DNA of 64,000 nucleotides from the NCBI RefSeq assembly GCF_009914755.1, contig NC_060932.1; one strand, written 5' to 3'. The notes below the pieces were generated by a model. That model did no database searches. It was not told where the DNA came from and worked only from the letters and a program-made list of their open reading frames with translations. This document shows, piece after piece, positions 16,087-28,737 of the stretch (within the stretch, counting starts at the first letter, position 1; every line of letters starts with the position of its first letter). This DNA comes from the human T2T-CHM13v2.0 reference genome, Homo sapiens. Position numbers and translations under genes: made by a program.

Positions 16087-16250
16087 TTAATTTTCTTTTT
16101 ATTTATTTATTTATTTATTTATTTTTGAGATGAACTCTCGCTCTGTCGTCCAGGCCGGAATGCAGTGGCGTGATCTCGGCTCACTAGGAGCTCTGCCTCC
16201 TGGGTTCAAGCCATTCTCCTGCCTCAGCCTCCCGACTAGCTGGGACTACA
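16087..16250 (-). mobile_element. 5'-truncated Alu right arm (AluY/Sc-like)
   Basis: (TTTA)n tail, gagctctgcctcc, gccattctcctgcctc; TSD tatttcctttt. Confidence 0.88.
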
Positions 16251-16309
16251 ATATTTCCTTTTCTTTTAAAGGCTGAATAATATTCCATTGTATGTATATG
16301 CTATATTTG

Positions 16310-16611
16310 TTATCATTATTATTATTTCAACACAGTCTTGCTGTGAGACTGGAATAGAGTGACACGATCATAATTTACTGCAGTCTCAACTTTCCAGGCT
16401 CAAGCAATCCTTCTGCCTCAGACTTCCAAGTAGCTGGGACTACAGGCATGCACCACCACACACAGCTAATATATATATATATATTTATTTTTTGTAGAGA
16501 TGGAGTCTCACTCTGTTGCCCAGGCTGGTTTCAAACTCCTGGGCTCAAGTAATCATCCCACTTCGAGCTCCCGAAGTGCTAGGATTACAGGCATGAACCA
16601 CTATTCCCGGC
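16310..16611 (-). mobile_element. AluJ (Jo-like) with (TA)n in the linker
   Basis: ggctcaagcaatcc and ctcctgggctcaagtaatc are J-type positions. Confidence 0.88.
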
Positions 16612-18134
16612 AGTATATACAATATTTTTTAATCCATTCATCTGTTGATAAACATTTGGATTGTTTTTGTATCTTGACTACTGTGAATAATGCTGCAATT
16701 AACATGGAAGTGCAGGTATCTCTTCAAAATCTTGATTTCAGTTTTTTGGAATACATACCAGGAAGTAATATATGGTACACACAAAAGGAGATATTGTTAC
16801 GTATTATAAGAAATACATAATATATAATATAATATATATTAAACCTATATATAACATATATTTTATATATAGTATATATACCTAGATACATATATATACA
16901 TATATACACACTCATACATATATATATGTGTATATATATAGAGAGAGAGACACAGAGATAAGAATTGTTGATGAGGATGTAAGGAAATTGGAATCACTAT
17001 ATATTGTTGATGAGGATAAAGTATGGTGCAGCCACTATGGAAAATGGTATGAAGTTTAACAAAAACACTAAACATAGAATGACATATGCTCTATATATGC
17101 ATTTTAAAATTATTGAACAATTTAAGATTTTTAAGTTAATTTGAATATTTTAATACATAGTACATTTTAGAGGAACATAGTGTAACATTCTAAGATAAAA
17201 TATTTTATATTTTGATTAGGATGACTTTGTCAAAGATTATTAAACTCTGTACACTAGATATGTGCATTTTACTGTATGGAAGTGTTATATTGACTAGAAA
17301 AATGTTAATGTATGGAATTGGTAGAAAAAATTCCAAGAAAGGAAGGAAGCTGTCAGTAGCTTAAAGAGTGAGAGAAAAGTGTTTGTGCAGAACCCTTAAA
17401 AAGACCAGCATTTAAGTGACAGGACAAAGTTTAATAGCCCACAAAGGAGATGTTGCAAAATTATTACGCACAAAGGTGTGAAAACAAGGAGCATGTTGAG
17501 TCAGGGAATTCAGGGAGTAGAGCTGCACGAATAAATGAGTAACATTTTGTAATTTGGCAGTGATGTACATTTAAAAACCAAAGCTATACTTGCTGATTTT
17601 ATATGGCACCATTGAAGTTGCAGCTGCTATTAATGAGAATTGTTCCAGAGACACAACAGAGATACATACAAAAACTGGAAGTGAGGCAGTAGAGAGTGCA
17701 TTTAGGGTGTGTTCTTTAGGGGTAAAGTGGGGAGTGATGATACTTAGTAAAGTATCAAGAGATAAAGGAGTGATGATACTTGAATATGTGCATTAGTCAA
17801 GGATATAGAGAGAATGAGAAAAACAATGTAAAGAAACTGGGTAAATGACTGAGGAACAAAGTCCAGAAAGAGGAGGTGGAAATGTTATTCAGGGTATAGG
17901 TAAATGACTTCCATCATGTAAAACTGAAGGACATCTGCTTAAAATTGGAATCAACATTCTAGTGAAGCAGAAAGTAGGTTTTTGAAATGTAACGAAGGTA
18001 GTTAGCTAGACACAAGTTAATGAAAGAGACAACTAACTGTGTTTGATGGGCTGTATTAATGGTCGGAAAAAAACTTGAACCGAAGCAGCTTTCTTATGAT
18101 AAAATTTTGTTTCCTCAAAGAGAATGAAAATTAT

Positions 18135-18395
18135 ATTTATAATAATCACTTATAAACTGCCTGGTGTGTGTCATACACTGTTCAAAGCTCATTACATGGA
18201 TAAACAAATTGAATTCGCAAAAAAATTGTAATGTGGATAGTATTAGACTAATTTTGTAGGCGGCAAAATTAAGTTGTGGTACAAAAAGACAAAGTAACTT
18301 GCCTAAGGTATCATTGTTGATAAGTGCCGAGGTTAGGATTTGAATCTAGGCATACTTGACTTCAGAGTTTCTATATAACTAGGAAATTATACTGC
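18135..18395 (-). mobile_element. MIR
   Basis: aagtaacttgcctaagg...ggatttgaatctaggca MIR core. Confidence 0.7.
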
Positions 18396-19562
18396 TACTC
18401 TTTGGATCAAATAATAATGATAATAATATTTTTAATATTGTTGATTAAACTGGAAAAAAGCCATACATTTAAAGATATAAGGTTTGAAATTCAGACTGCT
18501 GCTAATAGTATGCTGATAATTTTGTTGTTTGACTTCACACCTAAGACTATTTTCTGGTAACCCACAAAGTTTATTTGTTGAATAATGACTGAAAAGATAT
18601 TGAGATTTATTTAGAATTATATATCTGAAGAATGTGTTATAGGAATGCTAAAATTGTATTCTTCTCTGGATATAGTGTGACAATTTTTATTAAAAATAAT
18701 AATAATAATTTTGGAAAATTGGTTTTCATTGATTTGGTTATTAGAGAGACAGCTAAAATATAAAAATATTATATGCCTTTTAGGAATTATATTTTATCAA
18801 GCTAATTATAAATTCAGGAAAAGCAATGGTTGAGTTTTCTTTGAGATTAATCTTCATAATTCTAAATATCTAAAATAAAAACATATTGGTTGTTTTGTGT
18901 ATATTTTATATCTATTTCTTACATTTATTTCAAAGATTTCTTTCTATTTTATACCACCAAAATAACATCCCTAGAGACTTGTATTTGTCAATCCCTGCAG
19001 GACCTATTGAACAAATCTGCCTTATAATAGATTGCTTCCCACAGAGCATGAACTTGAGGAAACAAAAAGTAATAAAAATGTATTTTAAAGTTGTCCCAAA
19101 AGTGAACATCTAAGTAAGAAAAGCTCATCTCTACCCATCCAGCCAAATTTGTCACATGACATAATAAATGGCATGATAAATTGCCAAAGTAACAACTTGC
19201 TATTTTATTTAAAGAACAGTAAGAGACCACCACATCAGCTTTCTTTGCTTAACATTAGGGGAATGCAGAGGATGTGTTGATTAAAACTATTTTTACTCTC
19301 TGGATTCCTTCTTTATGTCTAAATGTGCTGCATAATATACTGATCAACACAAGCAAGTGAGCTCACCACTTCTTCTCTAAAGGCTTCTATTTTACATTTG
19401 AACTTCTTATGTATACCATTTTTCATTGTGATGTTCAACTTTTATCCCCTGTGCTCCAAATGCAGGGAAATGAGTTGATTATAAGTTACAGAAGCTCAGA
19501 ATCACTTTTTTCCTCTGTATGACTGGAGTCTGGAAATTCCAGATTATCCAAGAGAAACAAAA

Positions 19563-19990
19563 GGCTATGGTTTGAGTATTTGTCCTCTTCAAAACTCATG
19601 CTGAAATTTAATTTTCAATGTGGCAATATTGAAGGGTTAGGGTCTTTAAGAGGTGATTAGGTCACAAGCATTCTGTCTGCATGGATGGATTAATCCATTC
19701 ATGGATTTGTGGGTTAATGGGTTAATGGATTAATAAGCTGACATGAGAGTGGGATGTGGCTTTCTTTATAAGAAGAGGTGTAGATACCTGAGCTAGCACA
19801 CTCATCCTCCTCGCCATGTGATGCTCTGCACTGCTTTGGGACTCTGCAGAGTCTTACTAGAAAAAAGTCCCTCAGCAGGTATGGCTCTTTGACCTTAGAC
19901 TTCTCAGCCTCCATGACTATACGAAATAAATTCATGTAAAAAAATTACTCAGTTTCAGATATATTCTATAAGCAGCAGAAAACAAAGACA
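19563..19990 (+). mobile_element. MaLR MST-family solo LTR (MSTC-like)
   Basis: gctatggtttgagtatttgtcc...caaaactcatgctgaaattta; atggattaatccattcatgg; ends aaagaca. Confidence 0.85.
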
Positions 19991-20039
19991 CACTTTCCTA
20001 GCTGGTTGGTCTTTTTGATACCTGCACCATGAATACATG

Positions 20040-21300
20040 AAAGTCTCAGGAGCTCCACATTCTTCTACATATTTATGCTGCTATTTTTTTTTAATTTCAG
20101 CCATTATAGTCTTTTAAGTATGATCTTTTAAATTTCAGCCATTTTCCCTAAAATTGATATGGCTGAGCACTTTTTCAAGGCCTTATTGAACAATCATATT
20201 TATTTTCTGGTGAATTCTGGGTCCTATATCTTTCCTCACTGTCACTGTTTTTTCGTTAATTTCTTTTTGTTATTGATTTCATGTAAATAAAATATACTCT
20301 AATTTTCAATATTTTATCAGATAATATGCATTGAAAATATTTTCTCTGTGTCTGTGAATTATCAGTTTTCTTGAGTTTCTTTTAATTTAAGACAAAAATT
20401 GTTGATTTTAATGATGTCTAATTTTCTGATATTTTTAAATTTTATTTTCACTGTGTTTACTATTTACAATATTATTCTACCTCATGGTTATAAATATTTT
20501 CTCTTTATTGAAAGACTATATAAATATAGATACATGTCACTTTAATATTTGTGCATAATGTGAGGTAGTGATTAGTATTGTTTTTTCTAGTGTGTCTACA
20601 GTTTCGTCAGCCCTAATTTTTTTAAAGTACATATTAATCATTGCTTCATTCAACTTCAGCAAAATTAATTAACTGAATTATATGTGGGTATATTTCTTGA
20701 TTATCTATTATTATCTTTTTGAATATCCACATGCCAATACTTTACTACATTATTTTGATTATTGTGGTTTATACTAAGTCTTGTAACTAGGAACTTTGAG
20801 ATATTCAATTTTATTCTTCTTTTTCTATTTGTTCTGACTATTCCAAGTCCTTTTCAATTAAAGGTAAGTTATAGAATCTATGTTAGTGCCTTTTTAATAG
20901 CTGGCGTAGAAAATCTTATTGGTATCTTGTTGAACCTACAGGTCGATTTATAGAGAATTGATAACAATATTGCATTTTAGCAACAATGAGTATGATCTAT
21001 CTCTCCACTTGTTTACATCTTCCTTGCTCCACTCAGCAATGTTTACGATTTCTCAGTCCCATAGAATTCCCATCTGTGTTTCTCTGCTACTCACTACCAA
21101 GGTATCATCCGCTTTCCTGACTTCTAACACTGTAGCCTGATTGTGAAATTTATAAAAGTGGAGTCATACAACAGGTACTCTCTTGGACCTGGAACCTTGA
21201 ACAATATGATTACAAGAATTATCCATTCTTATTGTTGTACTACGCTTCGTGGTATAAATATACCACGATTTATGTATTTATTCTACTGCTTTTGTACATC
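20040..21300 (-). mobile_element. Ancient L1 (L1ME-like) fragments
   Basis: gctgagcactttttca, gccaatac, gatttatagagaattga; highly diverged. Confidence 0.5.
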
Positions 21301-21815
21301 TGTGCAAAATTTATTGATAGCACAGTAGAGACACATTTAAAAGTTTAAAAAGTAGGATGTTAAAGAGTTTCCTGAAATTATGACACCTGATCTGAGATTT
21401 ATGTTGTTTAATTTGGAGATAATTAGCTGAGCTATATAATAATTAGGTAAGTGCAGGGTGATAATCAAGGTGAGAAAGAGGGTAGCTTAAACAAAAGCAC
21501 GCTATATTAAAATGGCACTAAAGTATAAAAAATCTTTATACCTTAAGGTATATCAGAGGTCAGGGAAGCAGTCAGAGAGCCATGATGTAGCTGATTGCTT
21601 GATGTCTTTGATGTCTTTAAATTTCATGTTATAAGGTATGGATTTTTTTCTTATAGGCAATAGAAAATTATTAAATAATCATTGAAATAAATGTATGGAT
21701 GCAATCCATGCATTAGAAGGATGTTCAGTGAGAAAATATCTGTATTTCTCTTTTCTCCTATTTTCTGAACTCCTGTGAATGCTTTGGATAGATACCACTT
21801 TAAAGACATACAGGG

Positions 21816-21817
<2 letters not shown>

Positions 21818-21852
<35 letters not shown>
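21818..21852. repeat. (CA)n microsatellite
   Basis: About 17 perfect CA units. Confidence 0.95.
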
Positions 21853-21855
<3 letters not shown>

Positions 21856-23550
21856 CTGTGTGATTCTGTCCACAGAACTAGTATCCTGGGCTATGAGGCA
21901 GGTCACAGATGGTGCTGAGAAGAGATTGGGGGACAACTGAAGAATAGCCTATATGATCATCAGCTCAAGCCCACTCCCTGTGAGGAGCTGGGGAACCGAA
22001 GGAAGCTTTGCTCATCAAATGTTTATCTGCCTGATGCATCATTAATAAACTATATACTTACAGTTTACCATAAGAAAACAAAACTTCTATAGGACTTTGC
22101 CAAGTCTCAATGTAGTCCTCTCTGTAGCCTTCAATATAGGGTTTAGGCACCTTGTTTAAATGGAAGAAAGATAAAAATGAACATAATATTTCCCATGATT
22201 TAGTGCAGACGATCATTAGTATATGACATAATGTTGCTCAGAGACTGAGGACCTAGTTGAGACTATCCTAGTAGTGAGACCAGGAATGTTTGTTGGATGA
22301 CCCAGAGAAGCTACCTTTTTGATCAACAGAATTATCTTGCATTAGAGACACTGGAGAGAGAATTAGAAGAACAAGAAATAGCTCAAAAAGCTATGCCAGG
22401 AAACCCCCACATGTTCTGGGACAAATACAGGCAATTTGTAATACACAGGTAAACATTAAAGAAATTCATTATTCAAGCTTTCAGGGAAACAGCAAGTGCC
22501 ATTCATGAAGTAAACCCTAACACTTCCCAGAAAGAAGTCTTGGTGGATAAATGGAAATTAAAATCTGGTTGTGAAAGGAATTTAAGGGTTATTAAAATCC
22601 TGCTTGTGTCTTCCCATCTGGAATGGAAGCTGCTGCTTCTTTTTGTCTTCTGATGTGGGGGTTCAATGGCCTCTGCCACTCTACCTTTCCTCTTTTCCTC
22701 TGCAAGCAAAATTCCTTTACTACTGTAGCCTCTGATGTTGCCATTACTATCACTATCACCACAGGTGATTAGTCCTTAACTGTCAGTGCCAAGTATACCT
22801 GAACTTCTCTACCACACAGGCCCAGTATCCCCTCAACTGTGAAAGAACAATGAGTTAGCAGCCAACCCGCCTGGCAATAGCTAACAGAGCGCCCAGGCTC
22901 TTATGTCAACCTGCCAGGACCAGAGAACTTGAAAAATCAGTTCCACAGAACACTCTAGCCCCAGCTCAGCCTGTCCTGCTTGCTACTGTCCTGACATATT
23001 TGCTGTTCCGCTCAAAAGGATTAACCTTCATGTGGTGGCTGTGTGTGCCTAGTGACTCATTATTAAAGGGTCCTGATAGAAATCGCAGGGAGAAGAATGG
23101 TATTCTGCGAGAAGACAGCAAGTGCAACAACAGTAACAACAAAAAACTCCTTTTTGTTTACAATGCCTTCAGTCATAATCAGTCAGAATTCTAGCGAGCA
23201 GCTGGAGCAAGCCTTGTTAGGTTGGTTTTGGGAGAATTGAGGGAAATTACTTTGCAGAAAAATGATATCATATGTCCTCATTTTTTCCCTTCAAGTCATG
23301 AATAGAAAACAATACATTTTGTATAACAAACTTACATAATTATGGGAGTATTATAGTTATCCAAAAACAACTTGTCCAGAGAGACTCTGGCCAACCCAGA
23401 CCCTAGCTGTAACTCCTGGGGGACCAAAGAATCAATAATAACATCAGGCTGCAAGCTAAAGACAATGTACTACAGGTTCTGAAGATACATCATCATCAAA
23501 ATATCAACCTGAAGAAATCTAGAATTCAGCCAAGTAATGCAGTCCCTAGG

Positions 23551-23931
23551 TATATCGTTTGTTAGAACTGTTAAAATAAAATACCACAGACTAGGTGGCT
23601 TTAACAACAGAAATTTATTTTTTCATAGTTATAGAGGCTAGGAGTACAAGATCTAAGTGTAGGCAGGGCTGTTTCTGTGGAAGCTTCTCTCCTTGGCTTT
23701 TAATAATTGTCTTCCTCCAGCATCTTCTCATGGTCATTATTGTTTGTGAGTCTTTGTCCTAACCCCCTGTACTTATAAGGACAGTAGTCGCATTGCATTA
23801 GGGCCTACTATATGACCTCATTTCACCTAAATTACTTTCCCAAAGCCCTATCACAAAGTTCAGTCACATTCTGAGATACTTGAGGTTAAGAATTCAACAT
23901 ATAAATTTTGTGAGGACACAGGTCCATAATA
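23551..23931 (-). mobile_element. MaLR solo LTR (MLT1A/B-like)
   Basis: aaataccacagactaggtggctttaacaacagaaatttatt; perfect 5-bp TSD ctagg at 23546-23550 and 23932-23936. Confidence 0.88.
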
Positions 23932-25284
23932 CTAGGTCTAATAAGAGATACAACTGAATTAATGATGTGATTTCACAAGCAATAGGACACTTACAAATGA
24001 CCACGTCTACCTAAGGTTACAGAACCTTTGGTTTCCTGTTTATAAGTTGAGTCACTAGATATATCATCAAGGCTCTGCTTTCCTGAAAAACAAAATACCT
24101 AGAAAAATATCCACTGATGTGAAGGTCAAAATATCTGCCCCATGGTTTATTTCCAGATTCCTTTTGTGAGATCAAAAGCTATGTAGAGAAATAGAAAAAA
24201 TCTTTTCAGCATGTTAAAATTAAAATGAATGACTTGAATATCTTATAGATAGAACAGTTACTCATTCCTTTTGTGACATTTGCCACTGTATTTTTCTCAC
24301 ACAGCCAGGAAATAAGCCAATTAAGTATAACCAATTGCTTATCTTAGGTAAAGTTCTATGTTTTTGCGGGTGAAATCTATATGCTGCCACTAGCCACTAA
24401 CCGAGGAAGAAACCGCTTTTGTAGTGGTAACTGCAACATATACCAATGAGGTTAGCCCCCACCATATCCCTAATCAAGTTCATTTCTCTGGGGCACCTGA
24501 ATGACATACTATTGTCAGCTACTCCATATTGGATCTTTGCTATGTTTTGTTATTGTTGTTGTGGGGTGTAGGTGTGTGTTTGTCATATTCAGTATTGTAA
24601 ATGGAGCAAGAGCATCCAATACAGTACCCTTATCAATCACACTGTTCTCAGAAGTAAACATTTCAGAAATGTTGCCAGTAGCCAAGAGAGTAATTTTATA
24701 GTCAAATATTCTTAGAATTGTGATTTTTAAAAAGAGAAGAGGAAAAAAGTCACCTTAAATTTACATCCCCCTTACCACTCTTGTCTCAGGATGCTGGTAT
24801 AAGCAAGAAGTAGAGAAAATATATATATATTTTTAAATTAGAAATTTAAAAACAAAGAGACTAATAAAATTTCCGGAGTGCTGGATACTAGTAAACTACT
24901 TTTGATATCAATGGAAGGGCCACAGCAGTAATTCAGCCACAATATAGACAGGTTCAATTTATCTCAACGTTACATTTAATTACAAATTAGCCATAAATTA
25001 TTTTTCTTCCTGGATAATTTGGATAGCTCATATTGGTTTCTGGATTGACAGGGCAAGAAATTATAACCATATAGGGTATTAGCACCCCAAATATACAGAA
25101 AATATTAAGTTATTATTAAATGACTAGAGGAATAACATATTTGGATGTGAAATCTTCTACATTACCTTATTTGCGTTATGGATGATACACTACTGCAGCC
25201 CAGAGCTTGGTAGCAGTTATAGCCATGGATCCTGGAGATATGGAAGGATCAGCAAAGTTAAGTAATTATATGTACTTTGAGTAT

Positions 25285-25822
25285 TGTGGCAGGCATGTAC
25301 TACAAAGGTCCTCAATAATATCCACTGCCTCTTATTCACAACCTTGTATAATAGTGTCTCCCCTTGAGTATAAGTTAGCCTAGTGAGTTGCTTCTAACCA
25401 ATAGAATAAAGCAAAGGTGATGGATGGATGGAAAGGCTATTCTCATGATTAGGCTGCATAAGTCTGTTACTTCTGTTTTGACTCTTCCCTTTGCTGAGTT
25501 CAGTAAAGCAAACTGCATGTTGGAGAGGCCCAAATGGCAAGAAACTATAGGTAATTACAGTCAAAGCAAGAAAAAGAAGTCCTCAGTCAAACCTCCTGTG
25601 AATACTTTTCCGTGGAAGTCAATCCCTCCTTAGTTGAGCCTTCAGATGAAACGCAGGCCTGGCTGACACATTAATCACAATCTTGTGAAAGAACCTGAAG
25701 CAGAAGATCCACCCATGACATACCCTGAGGTATGACCCTCAAAAACTATGTGATGATAAACACGGGTTCCTTTGCCACCCAGTTTGTGGTAATTTGTTAT
25801 GCAATGACAAATAATTAATGCA
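25285..25822 (+). mobile_element. MaLR solo LTR (MLT1F/G-like)
   Basis: tgtggcagg start; gttgcttctaaccaatagaat; gagccttcagatga; ends aataattaatgca. Confidence 0.75.
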
Positions 25823-27213
25823 GGGACCAAACACAAACTGATGGGGTTTGGAGACAAAAGGGAGGGAGGGACTTGTGATTTCAGTAAAGGATGTAGAGAG
25901 CTAGAAAGGACATCACACCCACTCTTACAATGAAAAGTTCAAGACAGGCTTCAAGTTTATGACATGTTGAATGTGTCAGAGAGCTCTATTTAAGGAGGGG
26001 TGAATGCCTGTAAAGAGACATAAATGTGGGACAGCTTTAGCTAGGTTAGAGGCAACAGAACACAAGAAAGAAGAGTGTAGCCAGAATTGTTCCCTAATTG
26101 GAGGAGGCCAAGTGTGGACTGGGGAGTGTGAATCCCCTAGGGCTTTTAACAAATGGAGGCATCTGTATCCACTATAGACTTTTTCTTTATGAACCCTACT
26201 GAGCACTCGCAGAATAGATTGGAGAAATTTTAAGGGTATGTCCCTTTTGATGCAGACCTGGGAGAATGGAAGCTGCTGCATGAGAGACAAGAAGTTCTAC
26301 CCAGAATTTTATTCCTTTACTTCCTAATAAAAACAAATCTTCAGTTTATTGGGGTAAGGGCACAAACACTGTCAGAGAGCTAGGGAAAGCCCTTTTCATC
26401 TTGAGAAAAGGACCAAAATCTAAATAAACCTATACCTTGTTAAGGAGCAGGTGTATATGCTGAGCTAAGCACTAAAGCTGGTGGAAGTTCAAAGCATTAG
26501 AAAAGACCACATTGCTGAGATCCACTGAGGCTACATTTAAGGAACAAAGAATGTCTGCCTGTCCCCAGCCACTCCCATTCCCACGAGACTAACAAAAATC
26601 CAGTAACAATGATAGTAAAACACTGGTGAGAGGTAGAGAAGGAAAGAACTTGTAAGACGGCCATCTCTGAGATGCTAAACATAAGTAAGACCTAAAGCTA
26701 AGGGTAGAGCAGACATTGAGTAAAAATAAATATTTCATCAGAGCAGCCCCTCCCATTTCAAATACAAATTATTTCTATAAGAATTTGACACCTGGGAGTA
26801 CTAAGAACAAATGTAAAAAAGGCAAGACTTGAAACCTGGTCCATTTCCTAATCATAATAGTTCAAATTCTTACATTAAGTGACAATTGAAAGAGAGAAGG
26901 TGTAGTCATTTGTAGGCATAAAAGCTGTCATTTTATATACTGTAGTTCAATTTAACTTATGGCATAAAAAAGAAATATATGAGGCATACATAAGTCTAAG
27001 GAAAGCAATACACACCCAAGATCCAAAGTCAGATTCAGATAAAACATCAGTGCAGGATCTCCCTATCTATGATAAATACGTTGAAGTCTTTCAGGGAAGG
27101 TACAGAACATGCAGGATCATATGGGTAATGTCAGAAGAAATATGAAAATTATAACAATTAAAAATTATAGAAGTGAAAACAGCAACAAAGACGATAAATG
27201 TGTTGCACTGGCT

Positions 27214-27587
27214 TGTGATAGTTTCATGTGTTGAATTGGCTAGGCTATAGTATCCAGTTACTCAATTAAACACTAATCTAGGTGTTGTTCTTGAGTATTT
27301 TATAGATGTAGTTACAATCAACAATCATTTCACTTTAAGTAAAATAAATTATCCCTAATAATTTGGATGCGTATCATCTAATCAGTTAAAAGCCATGAGA
27401 GCAAACAGGTTTCACTGTGGAAGAATACATGCTGCCTCAACACTGTAGCCTCAGCTCCTGCATGATAGTATATAGCTTAATGGCTTGCCCCACAGATAGA
27501 CTTTGTTGTAAAACCTTCCACTCATTCTCTATTCTCCCGGCTCTTCCCTCTTTAAGTCGGACTGATCATACTTCTCTCACTGATGCA
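27214..27587 (+). mobile_element. ERVL solo LTR (MLT2D-like)
   Basis: aaacactaatctaggtgttg, actttaagtaaa, tctaatcagttaaaagcc; TSD tggct/gggct. Confidence 0.8.
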
Positions 27588-28316
27588 GGGCTTATTAGTA
27601 TACTCAACACGTGAACAAAGAATAAGTGAGTCTAGGTTAATAGAAATTACCCAAACTGAAACAGGTCCAGAGATAATAGGGATATGGGGCAAAATAGGGC
27701 ATCCAATAGCTATGGGAGAATGTCAGCAGAGGTACAGAAGCACTAGTAAAGGCTATGTTCCTGAGACCTAGCAACATGATGCCTATGTGATTGTAAAAAA
27801 GAATAGAATGAAAGAAATATTTGAAGAATAATACCAAAACATTTTTCAAAATTAGTGACAGACAACAAGCTGAAGAATCAAAACCTTCAGAGAGCATCAA
27901 GGAGTATAAAACATGGAGGAATATCACATTTAAATAAACAATATCAAAAAAAATATAAGTCTTGAAGGTAGTCAGAGGAATATAAGATAGTATATTAAAC
28001 AAAAAAGTGAGAATGACACCAGATATCAGAAACCATGTTGTCTAGAAGACAATATATTGACATCTGTAAAGTGCTGAAAAGAAAAACAAAACAAAACCTG
28101 TCAACCCTGAATTCTGTATCCAGTTAAAATATCTTCAAAAGTTAAAAGGAAATATAGACTCACGTTTAAAAATGAATAAAGTCATTCATTGGCACAACAC
28201 CTGGATCAACACAATGAAACAGAGCATGCTAGCACTGAATTAAATAAAGGCAATATAAAATATGTTCTTTTTATTTCTTAAAGCTATATTTTTACCAACT
28301 TTAAAAGATGATTGTC

Positions 28317-28737
<421 letters not shown>

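Larger units (their letters stand above)
15590..17093 (-). mobile_element. L1MA-like 3' element with inverted 5' segment (16778-17093 in + orientation), carrying two Alus
   Basis: Antisense 3'UTR (ctatgctgtacagcagatttgtagaactt, aggctgaataatattccattg), then sense gttgatgaggatg...gcagccactatggaaaa. Confidence 0.7.
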
